DNA from: a bacterium
Lineage (GTDB): Bacteria > Patescibacteriota > Minisyncoccia > Phycocordibacterales > UBA6899
NCBI GenBank assembly: GCA_043743715.1
Contig: JAYTWK010000015.1
Location: 6,576 to 70,575, forward strand
Direction: 5' to 3'
Length of the DNA: 64,000 nt
Position numbers and translations under genes: made by a program. Below, piece by piece: positions 10,221 to 20,241 of the stretch (the stretch's first letter is position 1; every line of letters begins with the position of its first letter). The notes below the pieces were generated by a model. That model was given only the letters and a program-made list of their open reading frames with translations, did not search any database and was not told the origin of the DNA.

Positions 10221-11696
10221 ATGGGTCGCATATTCAAAAATATTCTCAAAATAGCCGTCGGTATATACGTATTCTTTTTTGCTTACGAATGGTGGCATCC
10301 GATGCCGGATGATCTTCTGGTTGCGCCAAAGACATATCAGGTCCCTGACGCGGGTATACATTTTTTTGCTGACACAAGTTATATCGATACCAAGAAAAAT
10401 CTTCGCGTCCTTGACCAGCACATCTGGGACCAAGTAGGAAAGATCATCGCAAAGGCCAAGCACACCATCACGCTCGACATGTTCTTGTATAACGACTTCC
10501 AGGGTCCGCAGCCGGAAACCGCTCACAAACTTTCACAAGAGCTGACCGACATGCTAATCGATAAAAAAACCACCGACAAGCATATCATTATTGCGCTTAT
10601 CACCGACCCCATAAACACAGTGTACGGCGGAGTGACGTCACCGTATTTCACCAAACTGATGTTAAGCGGAATTCCGGTCATCACCACCGACCTCTCAATT
10701 CTTCCTGACAGCAATGTCCCGTGGAGCGCAGCATGGCACCCGTTCATATCCTGGATGGGTAATTCGACCACTGGAGGCTGGCTCGCGCATCCGTTCGATG
10801 CGACAGGCGGCAAGGTCACACTACGCTCTTGGATGGCGCTCCTCAATATGAAAGCCAACCATCGCAAGCTCTTAGTCGCCGATCAGCCCATCATAAGCGG
10901 CAAGAACGCCGGCAAGCAAAAGATGACTACTTTTGTTTCCTCAGCGAATCCACACGACGGCTCAAGCGGGAACGGCAACGTCGCAATGCAAGTCGACGAC
11001 AAGATATGGCAGGAGGCACTCAGTTCAGAACAAATCGTCGCACGTTTATCGAATGCGGGACTTCCGAACTATGACGCAGCAAGCACCCTTGATGCAGACG
11101 GTAATGTTTCGGTCACACTCCTGCATGAAGCATTCATCAAAGAGCGAGTGCTCGAGCGCATCGTACATGCAAAGCAAGGAGATCAGATCAATCTGGTGAT
11201 GTTCTACCTTTCCGAGCGTGATATTGTGAATGCTCTTGCGGATGCATCGAATCGCGGAGTGAAGATCCGCATCATTCTCGATCCAAACAACGAAGCATTT
11301 GGGTTTCAAAAGAACGGTATTCCAAATCAGCCGATCGCGAGAGAACTCTTACAGCGCTCAAACGACAGCATCCAGGTGCGTTGGTGCGCTACATCGGGCG
11401 AGCAGTGCCATGCAAAGCTCATGTACGGTGCGAGTGCGACGAATTCATATATGTTCATTGGCTCTGCAAATTTCACCAGACGTAACATTGACGGATTCAA
11501 CCTTGAGTCCGACCTTTATGTGGAATCTACCGGCGTGCGCTTCAGTGCTTGGAATGATGCCAATAGCTACTTCGAAAAAATGTGGTCGAACACGGGCGGT
11601 ATATATACGAGCGACTACATGCTGCATCGCGATGATACATTCTGGAAGGCATCGCTAGCCCGGGTGATGGAATTTACCGGCATGTCTTCGTTTTAG
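10221..11696 (+). CDS. Phospholipase D family protein
   Basis: Two HKD-type motifs (NHRKLLVAD, HAKLM...GSANF); start chosen after the TATAAT box. Confidence 0.88.
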   Translation: MGRIFKNILKIAVGIYVFFFAYEWWHPMPDDLLVAPKTYQVPDAGIHFFADTSYIDTKKNLRVLDQHIWDQVGKIIAKAKHTITLDMFLYNDFQGPQPETAHKLSQELTDMLIDKKTTDKHIIIALITDPINTVYGGVTSPYFTKLMLSGIPVITTDLSILPDSNVPWSAAWHPFISWMGNSTTGGWLAHPFDATGGKVTLRSWMALLNMKANHRKLLVADQPIISGKNAGKQKMTTFVSSANPHDGSSGNGNVAMQVDDKIWQEALSSEQIVARLSNAGLPNYDAASTLDADGNVSVTLLHEAFIKERVLERIVHAKQGDQINLVMFYLSERDIVNALADASNRGVKIRIILDPNNEAFGFQKNGIPNQPIARELLQRSNDSIQVRWCATSGEQCHAKLMYGASATNSYMFIGSANFTRRNIDGFNLESDLYVESTGVRFSAWNDANSYFEKMWSNTGGIYTSDYMLHRDDTFWKASLARVMEFTGMSSF

Positions 11697-11746
11697 TCTT
11701 GTCTTTTAGCCATTTTGAAGGAGCATGCTATACTCGAAACCATGAA

Positions 11747-11865
11747 TCCCGTTAGAGGTACGAACATGGTATGAATCACTTTTCTATACATATGAACAAC
11801 TTTGCCACGCACTCCAAATTTATCACTCATCTACGGAAGCGCTGCGCTTCCTACCTCTAACGGGA
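11747..11865. mobile_element. 119-bp MITE-like element with 14-bp terminal inverted repeats, inserted at the pyrH start
   Basis: TCCCGTTAGAGGTA ... TACCTCTAACGGGA, flanked by TGAA direct repeats (11743-46, 11866-69). Confidence 0.75.
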
Positions 11866-12569
11866 TGAAACTCCTCATCAAACTCTCTGGCGAAAGTCTC
11901 GGCAAGGGAAAGCATGGCGCAGAGGAGCGCTACTTTGAGCCGACCTTATCGTTCATCGCGGAGCAGATACGTATCCTGCTTGAAGAGAAACACGAGGTCG
12001 CACTGGTAGTGGGCGGCGGCAATCTCTTCCGAGGTCACGAACTCACCGGTACCTTAGCCATCGAGCGGCCCACTGCAGACTATATCGGCATGCTTGCGAC
12101 CGTGCAGAACGCACTCGTCTTGAGAGACTTCTTCGAATCGAAAGGGATTGAGACACGTGTCTCATCATCCATCAGCATGCCGCAAATCTGCGAGACCTAT
12201 ATTCCGAAGCGCGTCTTGCGCCACCTCGGAAAGGGTAGGGTAGTCATCTTTGCTGCAGGCCTCGGTGCTCCGTACTTCACCACTGACTCGACCGCAGTAC
12301 AGCGTTCACTTGAACTCAAGCGCGACCTGCTTATCATGGCGAAGAATGGTGTCGACGGACTCTATACCGGCGACCCACACAAGGACGTGACGGCAAAGAA
12401 AATAAAGACCATCACTGCCGGCGAGGTACTCGAGAAAAATCTTAAAGTTGCAGACCTCTCAGCGATAGCACTCGCTAAAGAACATGGCCTCACCATCAAA
12501 GTGGTTGGCATCGAACACATTTCTGAGGCGCTCGATGAATCGATTGGGTCTGTTGTCACTCCGTCGTAA
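11865..12569 (+). CDS. pyrH: Uridylate kinase
   Basis: KLSGE, VVGGGN, DYIGMLAT, PYFTTD, DGLY..DP. Confidence 0.93.
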   Translation: MKLLIKLSGESLGKGKHGAEERYFEPTLSFIAEQIRILLEEKHEVALVVGGGNLFRGHELTGTLAIERPTADYIGMLATVQNALVLRDFFESKGIETRVSSSISMPQICETYIPKRVLRHLGKGRVVIFAAGLGAPYFTTDSTAVQRSLELKRDLLIMAKNGVDGLYTGDPHKDVTAKKIKTITAGEVLEKNLKVADLSAIALAKEHGLTIKVVGIEHISEALDESIGSVVTPS

Positions 12570-12598
12570 TTCCCATATTCCTAAAAACACTACTTCGT

Positions 12599-13144
12599 AT
12601 GTACGACGAAACCGCAATTGAATTTCTCCAAGAAGGTGGTCTGGGAGTACTCCCGACCGACACCCTCTATGGACTCGTCACAACCGCGCTTGACCCTGAT
12701 GCAGTCGAGCGAGTCTATAAAATAAAGCAGCGTAATCCGAGTAAGCCGCTCATTGTACTCATTAGCGACCTGGAGCAAGTCGAGCAGTTTGGAATTGTGC
12801 TCGATGACGCACTCATTGAACAGTTGAATAGCTATTGGCCAGGCAAATACTCTATTGTGCTCCCGACTGTTGATGATCAATACGAATATCTCTCATGTGG
12901 CACCGACACCATAGCGTTCCGTCTTCCCGATAACGATGAGCTACGCGAACTTATCAGAAATGTCGGCCCGCTTGTCGCACCCTCCGCTAACCCCGAAGGC
13001 TACCCGCCCGCAACCACAGTAGACGAAGCACAAAAGTATTTCGGCTCCGATGTAGACTTCTACGTCGACGGCGGCACTCTCGATGGCAAATCCTCCACCC
13101 TCATTCGTATCGAAAACGGAGAAGTGGAGGTGCTTAGAGATTAG
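12599..13144 (+). CDS. tsaC: Threonylcarbamoyl-AMP synthase (Sua5/YrdC)
   Basis: PTDTLYGL, K.R...KPL, APSAN. Confidence 0.93.
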   Translation: MYDETAIEFLQEGGLGVLPTDTLYGLVTTALDPDAVERVYKIKQRNPSKPLIVLISDLEQVEQFGIVLDDALIEQLNSYWPGKYSIVLPTVDDQYEYLSCGTDTIAFRLPDNDELRELIRNVGPLVAPSANPEGYPPATTVDEAQKYFGSDVDFYVDGGTLDGKSSTLIRIENGEVEVLRD

Positions 13145-13205
13145 ATTTAACTCAAGATCGAGGCCTTGAGCTTAGCAAAATCGCTAAAAGCATTACAATG
13201 AGCAT

Positions 13206-13628
13206 ATGAATTCAACTATCACTAGTCGCCCTTGTGTTTCTGCTGACTATGAAGCCTTACGTGAGTTATATGAAATTCCAAGAACATTCGGGAGACGATT
13301 TGATGCTGATCGAGATTCAAAAGATAGACTTGATGAACAGAGCAGAGAAGACAGACAAAGTATTTTCATTGCGGAAGAAGGAGGAGAAATTGTTGGGACA
13401 GTTTCGATCTTTGCAAACAAACACTTCGCCTGGCTTGTACGTTTTGCCATCACTGACCCCCGTTCAGTAAACCTTCTTTACGAGGTCGCATGCAAAATCC
13501 CTAAAGAGCGTGGACATAAGTAAGTGCTGGTATATGCGCCGGCATCTGATCCTTCGTTTGAGGCTCGATATAATCCCCTTGGTTTCAATAAAGGATACGA
13601 CTACACTTGCTTTTGGCGTGAGATTTAA
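13206..13628 (+). pseudogene. GNAT acetyltransferase interrupted by an in-frame TAA at 13521-13523
   Basis: FIAEEGGEIVG GNAT motif; after the stop the same frame continues VLVYAP...RYNPLGF...FWREI* and completes a GNAT fold. Confidence 0.65.
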
Positions 13629-13743
13629 TTTTTAGCGTAGAGTCAAGTTGTGTCGACTAAAATTGTTCCGACTTCGTCGCACACCGCCTCACTTCTGAAA
13701 AATCTCACAGCGGAAGATTTGGCAAGTCATTGCATGTAACGTG

Positions 13744-13779
13744 ATTTGCTAATTTGTCCGATAGAACAAATTAGCAAAT
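13744..13779. terminator. 14-bp perfect inverted repeat, probable terminator
   Basis: ATTTGCTAATTTGT ... ACAAATTAGCAAAT. Confidence 0.5.
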
Positions 13780-13878
13780 ACTGTTTTAATACGACATAGA
13801 TTTAGACTTCCCCAATATCGTGTATGGGTTATGCAGACCCTTTGTGAAAAAGGATAAAATGGTTATAATCGAAAAACC

Positions 13879-15696
13879 ATGCTTACATCATCTGAGATCC
13901 GCTCTCGATTCTTAACGTACTTTAAAGAACGCGGCCATACCATCATTCCTTCTGCTTCGCTCGTACCCTTAAACGACCCAACTGTACTTTTTAATACCGC
14001 CGGCATGCAGCCGCTTGTTCCATATCTACTCGGAGAATCGCATCCTGGTGGAGTACGGCTTGCCGACTCGCAGAAATGCGTCCGTACTCAGGACATCGAA
14101 GAAGTAGGTGACAACACCCACGACACATTCTTCGAGATGCTCGGCAACTGGTCACTTGGAGACTATTTCAAAAAGGACGCAATCAAATGGAGTTACGAAT
14201 TCCTCACTTCAAAAGAGAAGGGTTTAGGACTGGACCCAAGCAGACTCTATGTCACGGTATTCGGCGGAAATGCGGACGCACCAAAAGACGATGAGGCTCA
14301 TGCGGTATGGACGGAAATCTTTGCAAAGGCGGGCATCACCGGAGAGCATATATATTGGATGGAAGGAGAACTCGCAAAAAAGAACTGGTGGAGTGCAGGC
14401 GAGAACGGTCCATGCGGACCCGACACTGAGATGTTCTACGATGTCACCGGCAAACTAAATAGGGGAATGACCTTGGCAGAATATCTCGCAGCAGACGACA
14501 AACAGCAGGTCGTCGAGATCTGGAACGACGTGTTCATGGAATACTTGAAGGAAGGTGGGGTAGTGACCGGCAAACTGAAGAAGCAGAATGTCGACACAGG
14601 ATCGGGACTCGAGCGCGTGACCATGGTCGCCCAAGGAAAGGATAATGTGTTCGCCACCGATCTTTTCTCGGATATGATGCGTATCATCAAGGAGAGCGCC
14701 GAGACTTATGACGAACGCGCCGCACGTATTGTCGCCGACCACATCCGCACTTCGGTCTTTATAATTGCCGACGGCGTCTCTCCTTCAAATACCGACCAAG
14801 GATATATTTTGCGCAGACTCCTGCGCCGTGCAGTACGCTATTCCGACGTGCTCGGAATGAGCCGTGGATTTGATACGCTTATTGACTCTGTGTCGAAACT
14901 GTACACAGGCGTATACGAGAATATCGAAGCGAACCTTACACATATCAAGCAAGAAATTGCCGATGAAGAAGCGAGGTTCCGTATCACACTCGAGAATGGC
15001 ATGAAGCAGTTCGAGAAATTTGCCGAAGCAAAGAATATCTCGGGTGCTGACGCATCGATGCTCTATCAGACATACGGATTTCCGTTCGAGATCATACAAG
15101 AGCTCGCAAAAGAGCGGGGAATCAGCGTCGATGAAGCAGCATACAAAGAGGAAATGAAGAAACATCAGGACCTTTCGCGTTCCGGAAGCGAACAGAAGTT
15201 CAAGGGCGGGCTTGCTGACCATTCGGAGAAGACCGTGCGTCTACATACTGCGCATCACTTACTCCTGCGCGCACTTCAGATAGTGCTCGGCGATGAAGTG
15301 CATCAGAGGGGCTCCAACATCACACAGGAGCGCCTGCGCATCGACTTCGCATATCCGCAAAAGATGACCGACGAACAAAAGAAGGAAGTCGAGCGCATCG
15401 TGAACAAAAAAATTACCGAGCAGCTCCCTGTCACCCGCACTGAGATGAGTCTCGTGGAAGCAGAAAAGCTCGGTGCAGAGCATGAGTTCGGCGCAAAGTA
15501 TCCTGAGCGCGTCTCTGTCTATTCGGTCGGACCAAAAGAAGCCACACCAGAAGACCCGAGGTTTGATAAGCGCTTCTCAATCGAATTCTGCGGCGGCCCT
15601 CATGTCACGAACACAAAGGAGCTGAGTCATTTCAAAATATTGAAGGAAGAAGCAGTTGCTCAAGGAGTACGCAGAATCAAGGCAATACTTGAGTAG
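13879..15696 (+). CDS. alaS: Alanyl-tRNA synthetase (short form without C-Ala domain)
   Basis: FNTAGMQP, HDTFFEMLGN, GPCGP, DTGSGLER, editing motifs HTAHH and FCGGPH. Confidence 0.96.
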   Translation: MLTSSEIRSRFLTYFKERGHTIIPSASLVPLNDPTVLFNTAGMQPLVPYLLGESHPGGVRLADSQKCVRTQDIEEVGDNTHDTFFEMLGNWSLGDYFKKDAIKWSYEFLTSKEKGLGLDPSRLYVTVFGGNADAPKDDEAHAVWTEIFAKAGITGEHIYWMEGELAKKNWWSAGENGPCGPDTEMFYDVTGKLNRGMTLAEYLAADDKQQVVEIWNDVFMEYLKEGGVVTGKLKKQNVDTGSGLERVTMVAQGKDNVFATDLFSDMMRIIKESAETYDERAARIVADHIRTSVFIIADGVSPSNTDQGYILRRLLRRAVRYSDVLGMSRGFDTLIDSVSKLYTGVYENIEANLTHIKQEIADEEARFRITLENGMKQFEKFAEAKNISGADASMLYQTYGFPFEIIQELAKERGISVDEAAYKEEMKKHQDLSRSGSEQKFKGGLADHSEKTVRLHTAHHLLLRALQIVLGDEVHQRGSNITQERLRIDFAYPQKMTDEQKKEVERIVNKKITEQLPVTRTEMSLVEAEKLGAEHEFGAKYPERVSVYSVGPKEATPEDPRFDKRFSIEFCGGPHVTNTKELSHFKILKEEAVAQGVRRIKAILE

Positions 15697-15797
15697 ACAC
15701 CCAAAGTTAGATTTAATTTAAGGAGAGTCTGCTTTATTAAATACATGTTCCACTTGACCTCCTTGCCATCAAGGCAATCCGGGGAGATAATAGTGCT

Positions 15798-16310
15798 ATG
15801 GAAACGTCACTGTATCAGATGACCCTGCCTATCCTCACAAGAGGTCTCGAGCGACTTTCGTTGCTCCTTCGCACAGGCGAAGCGTACTCGAATGATGCAC
15901 AACATCCAAGTGGAGAGATGCTGAATGCGCGTCTCTATCCTGATATGTTCACTCTTACGCAACAGGTGCAGTATGCATATTTTTCAGCAATAGAGATTGC
16001 CGAGCATTTATCAGGGAAAGAAGCCCCGAAACTCGCTTATGATGAGACTACGTTCGGCCAGCTTCAATCGAGCCTGAAGGCTGTACTCGATTATCTGCAC
16101 GTCATTTCACCAAAAGATATAGATGGAAAAGAAAGTGCATTAGTACCCTTGTACTGGGACAAGACAACCACTCTGCCGGGGCTTGTGTATGTTCAGGAAG
16201 TCGGGCTGCCAAATTTTTTCTTTCACTATGTAACCGCCTACGATATTTTGCGCAATTTAGGAGTAAAGCTCGGAAAGTCGGACTACATTGGCGAGGTCAG
16301 TGCCGAATAA
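15798..16310 (+). CDS. DUF1993 / DinB-like protein
   Basis: RLYPDMFTLTQQV; LPNFFFH..TAYDILR..GV.LGK.DY. Confidence 0.88.
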   Translation: METSLYQMTLPILTRGLERLSLLLRTGEAYSNDAQHPSGEMLNARLYPDMFTLTQQVQYAYFSAIEIAEHLSGKEAPKLAYDETTFGQLQSSLKAVLDYLHVISPKDIDGKESALVPLYWDKTTTLPGLVYVQEVGLPNFFFHYVTAYDILRNLGVKLGKSDYIGEVSAE

Positions 16311-16359
16311 TAACTGATAATATTTTTGTATATGCGGAGAATATTGCTATAATTAGACT

Positions 16360-17556
16360 ATGGCTCTGTTTCATCGCAAACGCAAAAGCGGACAGCACTT
16401 CATCATTGTGTTCGATATCGGTTCAGCCTCGATTGGAGGGGCTTTTGCAAGTGTCGAGGCAGGCAAAAATCCCGAGGTGATATTCACTACCCGACGCGAC
16501 ATACCATTCCAGGAAAAACTCAACTTTCAGCGCTTCCTCGAATCAATGATCAAAACCCTAGAGGAAATGTTTGTTGCGCTGCAAAAAGCAGGTGGTGGAG
16601 TGAAGGTCGACCAGGCATTCTGTGTGCTTGCATCTCCTTGGTATGCCTCGCAGACAAGGCTCGTCCACTACAATCAGCCACAACCCTTCACTGTCACCGA
16701 GAAGGGACTCCACAAGCTTATTCAGAAGGAGATAGAGTTGTTCCGTAACTCAAAGCTATTCTCGCGCGGAAAATCGAGTGATGCCGCTCCTGAGATCATG
16801 GAATCAAAGAACATTCAGATGAAATTGAACGGCTACGAGGTAAAAAGTCCGTTCGGCAAACGCACGAGCGAACTCGAAGTAGCACTCTATATCAGCATGA
16901 TTCCGAGTAATATCTTCACGTCGATTAACGACTCGATCAAAAAATTCTGGCGTCTTCAGAATGTACATTTCTCGTCATTCTCGTTCACCGCATTCGATAC
17001 TATCCGCGACATCTTCGCAGAGGAGACGTCATTCCTGTTTATGGATATCTCGGGTGAGGTGACGGATATCTCGCTCGCCAAGGATAATGTGCTCCTCGAG
17101 TCGATCTCATTTCCTGCCGGTAAAAACATGCTTATCCGTCAGCTGGTTGCGGGAATGAAGACCGCACCCGCCGCTGCGCAGACCGAGCTCAAGATGTATA
17201 TGGAAGGGAAGTCGACGCGCGATCACGCACAACAGATTGAAAGCATTCTGACTGATTCGAGCAAAGAATGGCTGGTATTCTTCGAGGATGCGCTGTCGCA
17301 ATTCTCTGCAGAATTCCCCATCCCGCGCACTATCTTCTTCACCGCAGACGACGACGTGACGAAGTGGTATGACACCGCTATCCGTCAGGCAAATTTTACG
17401 AAGTTCTCCCAGGACGAAGGAGTGTTCATGATCCGCTCGCTCGGAAATTCCTTCTTGAATAAATTTATCCAAGTACTCGAACCCGACTTCCAAGATCCGT
17501 TCCTCGCCATCGAGACCATTTTCGCAAATAAGATATCAGGACTCGAACGTAGGTAG
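16360..17556 (+). CDS. FtsA/PilM-like actin-fold protein (divergent)
   Basis: FDIGSASI and MDISGEVTDI phosphate-loop-like motifs. Confidence 0.6.
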   Translation: MALFHRKRKSGQHFIIVFDIGSASIGGAFASVEAGKNPEVIFTTRRDIPFQEKLNFQRFLESMIKTLEEMFVALQKAGGGVKVDQAFCVLASPWYASQTRLVHYNQPQPFTVTEKGLHKLIQKEIELFRNSKLFSRGKSSDAAPEIMESKNIQMKLNGYEVKSPFGKRTSELEVALYISMIPSNIFTSINDSIKKFWRLQNVHFSSFSFTAFDTIRDIFAEETSFLFMDISGEVTDISLAKDNVLLESISFPAGKNMLIRQLVAGMKTAPAAAQTELKMYMEGKSTRDHAQQIESILTDSSKEWLVFFEDALSQFSAEFPIPRTIFFTADDDVTKWYDTAIRQANFTKFSQDEGVFMIRSLGNSFLNKFIQVLEPDFQDPFLAIETIFANKISGLERR

Positions 17557-17609
17557 TAATCCACTCATCCACTTTCTCGTGGCTCATTAATACAGTAGAA
17601 TACACTCTA

Positions 17610-19289
17610 ATGCCAAAATACTTGATACAAGACATAGTTCCTCCAGAAAAGAGAAAGCGACCCACGGTGGGTGTGACGAGGAGTCCTGCTCCACATCGTA
17701 CTTCTTCTACACATGCCGCGTCTACATCTGCCTCGCATGAGGCACATACCTCACACATCGCACATCCCTCACACACCAAAGGAGAGGCGGTACATCATGT
17801 AAGGCACAAATTACCTGCGGAAGCGAGGCATGCCGCAGAAGTAACTCATGAGGAAGAGCACGAGACCCCCGCACCAAGCATCATGCACACCGCGGAAGTC
17901 GACACGACGCCAACTCATGTAAGCGAACCAGAAGTCAAAAGCGATCCTGTGCTGCGTGACCAATCTGTCATCCTCCAGCATCTCTACAAGGACGCTAATA
18001 TCAGCAAACAGCTCTCGACCGACACCGCTACCGGTTCTTGGCCGTACAACGATGTGGGAGCGAGCGCACAGATTGAGAGATCGAGAAATATGTCTGCCGA
18101 ATTCCCAACCAATGGAGCCGCCTCAGACTGGGGGAAACGCTGGCTTCCGTGGATACTCATCCCGACTATTCTTGCGGTAGGGTTGTTCTTTATTCTCAAT
18201 TACTTCTCGGGAGCGACGGTCATGATTATCCCTAAGCACGATACCATTCCCATCCCTGATACCCAGGTGTTCTCTGCACAGAAGAACCCGACCGACGGCT
18301 CGCTCGCATTCGCGGTTATGAAAGTGACGCTCGATGACACCAGAGAAGTGGCTGCGACCGGATCGAAGATGGTGACCTCAAAAGCGCAGGGCAAGATTGT
18401 GATTTACAACGAGCAGACCGTACCGCAACGCCTTATAAAAAACACCCGCTTCGAGTCGGCAACAGGTAAGACTTACCGCATCAACGACTCAATCACCGTT
18501 CCTAAGGCAACCACCGCAAAAACCGGCAAGCTTACGCCGGGAACAATGTCCATCACTATTTACGCCGATGAAGCGGGTCCGAGCTACAACAGTGACCCCA
18601 GCGATTTTACACTTCCCGGACTCAAGAATACTCCGCAGTACAAGAAGGTCTACGCCCGCTCAAATGGCCCCGTCGTCGGCGGTGCATCCGGCACAACAAA
18701 GAGTGTAGGCGACCAAGACATGCGCGATGCGGGAGACAATCTGCGCGTCTCGCTTGAGACCAAGCTTCGCAACAAGGCGCGTGGTGACGTCGCATCATCG
18801 CAGATCGCATTCGATAAAGGTATCGTCGTCGACCTCAGCGACCCGAAACTCCTCACCGACCAGGCGTCGAGCCAAGACAAAGCAGTCCTTGGCGCATCAG
18901 GCACACTTTATATGGTGGTGTTTGACAGAGATGCACTGACTAAAACTATCGCAAAGGGGCTCGTCCCGACTTATGCCGGCGAAAACATCGAGATGGGAAA
19001 TATCGACTCCCTCAACATTACACTTCCGCCAACGAGCGGCACTCAACTTTGGTCAGTTGAAAAGCTAGATTTCAGCCTGCATGGCACACCACAACTCACT
19101 TGGGTGGTAGATGAGGACAAAGTCAAAAAAGACCTCGTGGGGGTGGCGAAAGCCAACTTTAATGCGGTCATGGGAGGTTACACCACGATCGAGCGGGCAA
19201 AAGCAAGCCTAAGGCCGTTCTGGAAGAGCACTTTTCCAACCGATCCAAACGTCATTTCACTCAAAATCGTTTCTTCTATACCCGACTAA
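17610..19289 (+). CDS. Bitopic membrane protein with His-rich disordered N-terminus and baseplate-J-like extracellular domain
   Basis: IQDIVPP start, one TM segment, AQGKIVIYN...TRF...TVP...ADEAGPSYN...FTLPG pattern. Confidence 0.65.
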   Translation: MPKYLIQDIVPPEKRKRPTVGVTRSPAPHRTSSTHAASTSASHEAHTSHIAHPSHTKGEAVHHVRHKLPAEARHAAEVTHEEEHETPAPSIMHTAEVDTTPTHVSEPEVKSDPVLRDQSVILQHLYKDANISKQLSTDTATGSWPYNDVGASAQIERSRNMSAEFPTNGAASDWGKRWLPWILIPTILAVGLFFILNYFSGATVMIIPKHDTIPIPDTQVFSAQKNPTDGSLAFAVMKVTLDDTREVAATGSKMVTSKAQGKIVIYNEQTVPQRLIKNTRFESATGKTYRINDSITVPKATTAKTGKLTPGTMSITIYADEAGPSYNSDPSDFTLPGLKNTPQYKKVYARSNGPVVGGASGTTKSVGDQDMRDAGDNLRVSLETKLRNKARGDVASSQIAFDKGIVVDLSDPKLLTDQASSQDKAVLGASGTLYMVVFDRDALTKTIAKGLVPTYAGENIEMGNIDSLNITLPPTSGTQLWSVEKLDFSLHGTPQLTWVVDEDKVKKDLVGVAKANFNAVMGGYTTIERAKASLRPFWKSTFPTDPNVISLKIVSSIPD

Positions 19290-19362
19290 ACAACTCCTAA
19301 AAACGCCCTAACTTGACCATTTTTGAACCATCTGATAGCATGCAAAGCACCCACATTGAGAA

Positions 19363-19581
19363 ATGAGTGATGAAAAAGCAAAAGAGTCTGTGATCATGGG
19401 AACGGTCATCGAGGCACTCCCTAATACATTGTTCCGCGTTGAAACGGAAGGAGGAGAGACTGTCCTTGCGTATCTTGCAGGAAAGATGCGCATTCATCGC
19501 ATCAAGGTACTTATTGGCGACAAGGTGGCTCTCGAAGACAACCCCTACGGAGGAAAGCTGCGTATTGTCAAGAGACTGTAG
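19363..19581 (+). CDS. infA: Translation initiation factor IF-1
   Basis: EALPNTLFRV, LAGKMR. Confidence 0.96.
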   Translation: MSDEKAKESVIMGTVIEALPNTLFRVETEGGETVLAYLAGKMRIHRIKVLIGDKVALEDNPYGGKLRIVKRL

Positions 19582-19653
19582 GCATATTATAATCAACATT
19601 CATTTCAAGCGGCAGTGTGTCGCTGTGAGTATTACTTTTATCTATTTTGAAAC

Positions 19654-19767
19654 ATGCGCGTACGAGCTTCAGTCAAAAAAATCTGTGCGAAATGTAAAAG
19701 CGTGAAGCGACGCGGTAATCTTTATGTTGTCTGCGAGAATCCTCGCCATAAACAAAAGCAAGGATAA
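19654..19767 (+). CDS. rpmJ: 50S ribosomal protein L36 (not in the ORF track)
   Basis: Translated by hand: [37 protein letters not shown]. Confidence 0.97.
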   Translation: MRVRASVKKICAKCKSVKRRGNLYVVCENPRHKQKQG

Positions 19768-19783
19768 ATTTTATGTATTTTTC

Positions 19784-19818
19784 TACTTACTACTTACTAC
19801 CTACTACTTACTAATATT
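19784..19818 (+). repeat. Heptamer tandem repeat ending at the rpsM start codon
   Basis: TACTTAC TACTTAC TACCTAC TACTTAC TAATATT ATG. Confidence 0.8.
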
Positions 19819-20199
19819 ATGCGTATACTTGGTATTACAGTTCCGGAGAATAAGCAGTTGTGGGTCGGCCTCACCGTGTTTTACGGCATCGGCTTCACTA
19901 CTGCGCGCAAGATTTTAAAGGAAGCGAATGTACCCGAGACGAAGAAGCCGGGAGAAATCTCGACCGACGAAGAGACCAAAATTCGTAAGTCTATTGAAGC
20001 GATGAAGATTGAAGGAGACTTGAAGCGCGAGAAGGCGAGCAACATCAAACGCTTGAAGGATATCAAGTCGTTCCGAGGCACGCGCCACACGAAGGGACTT
20101 CCTTCACGCGGTCAACGTACCAAGACCAACTCACGCACTGTTCGAGGTAATGTGAGAAAGACGATGGGTTCAGGACGGCGCAAACTCGAAAAGAAGTAA
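19819..20199 (+). CDS. rpsM: 30S ribosomal protein S13
   Basis: GLPSRGQRTKTNSRT. Confidence 0.97.
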   Translation: MRILGITVPENKQLWVGLTVFYGIGFTTARKILKEANVPETKKPGEISTDEETKIRKSIEAMKIEGDLKREKASNIKRLKDIKSFRGTRHTKGLPSRGQRTKTNSRTVRGNVRKTMGSGRRKLEKK

Positions 20200-20241
20200 A
20201 CTAGCGAAATAAGACTTAAATTTAATACACAAGTAATTCCT

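Noticed and set aside
17610-19289. Baseplate-J-like gene as evidence of a prophage or contractile injection system
   Set aside because: No other tail, sheath, capsid or integrase genes; it lies among housekeeping genes.
19784-19818. Short repeats as a possible CRISPR array
   Set aside because: Units are 7 nt with no spacers; no CRISPR array or cas gene is seen anywhere in the window.
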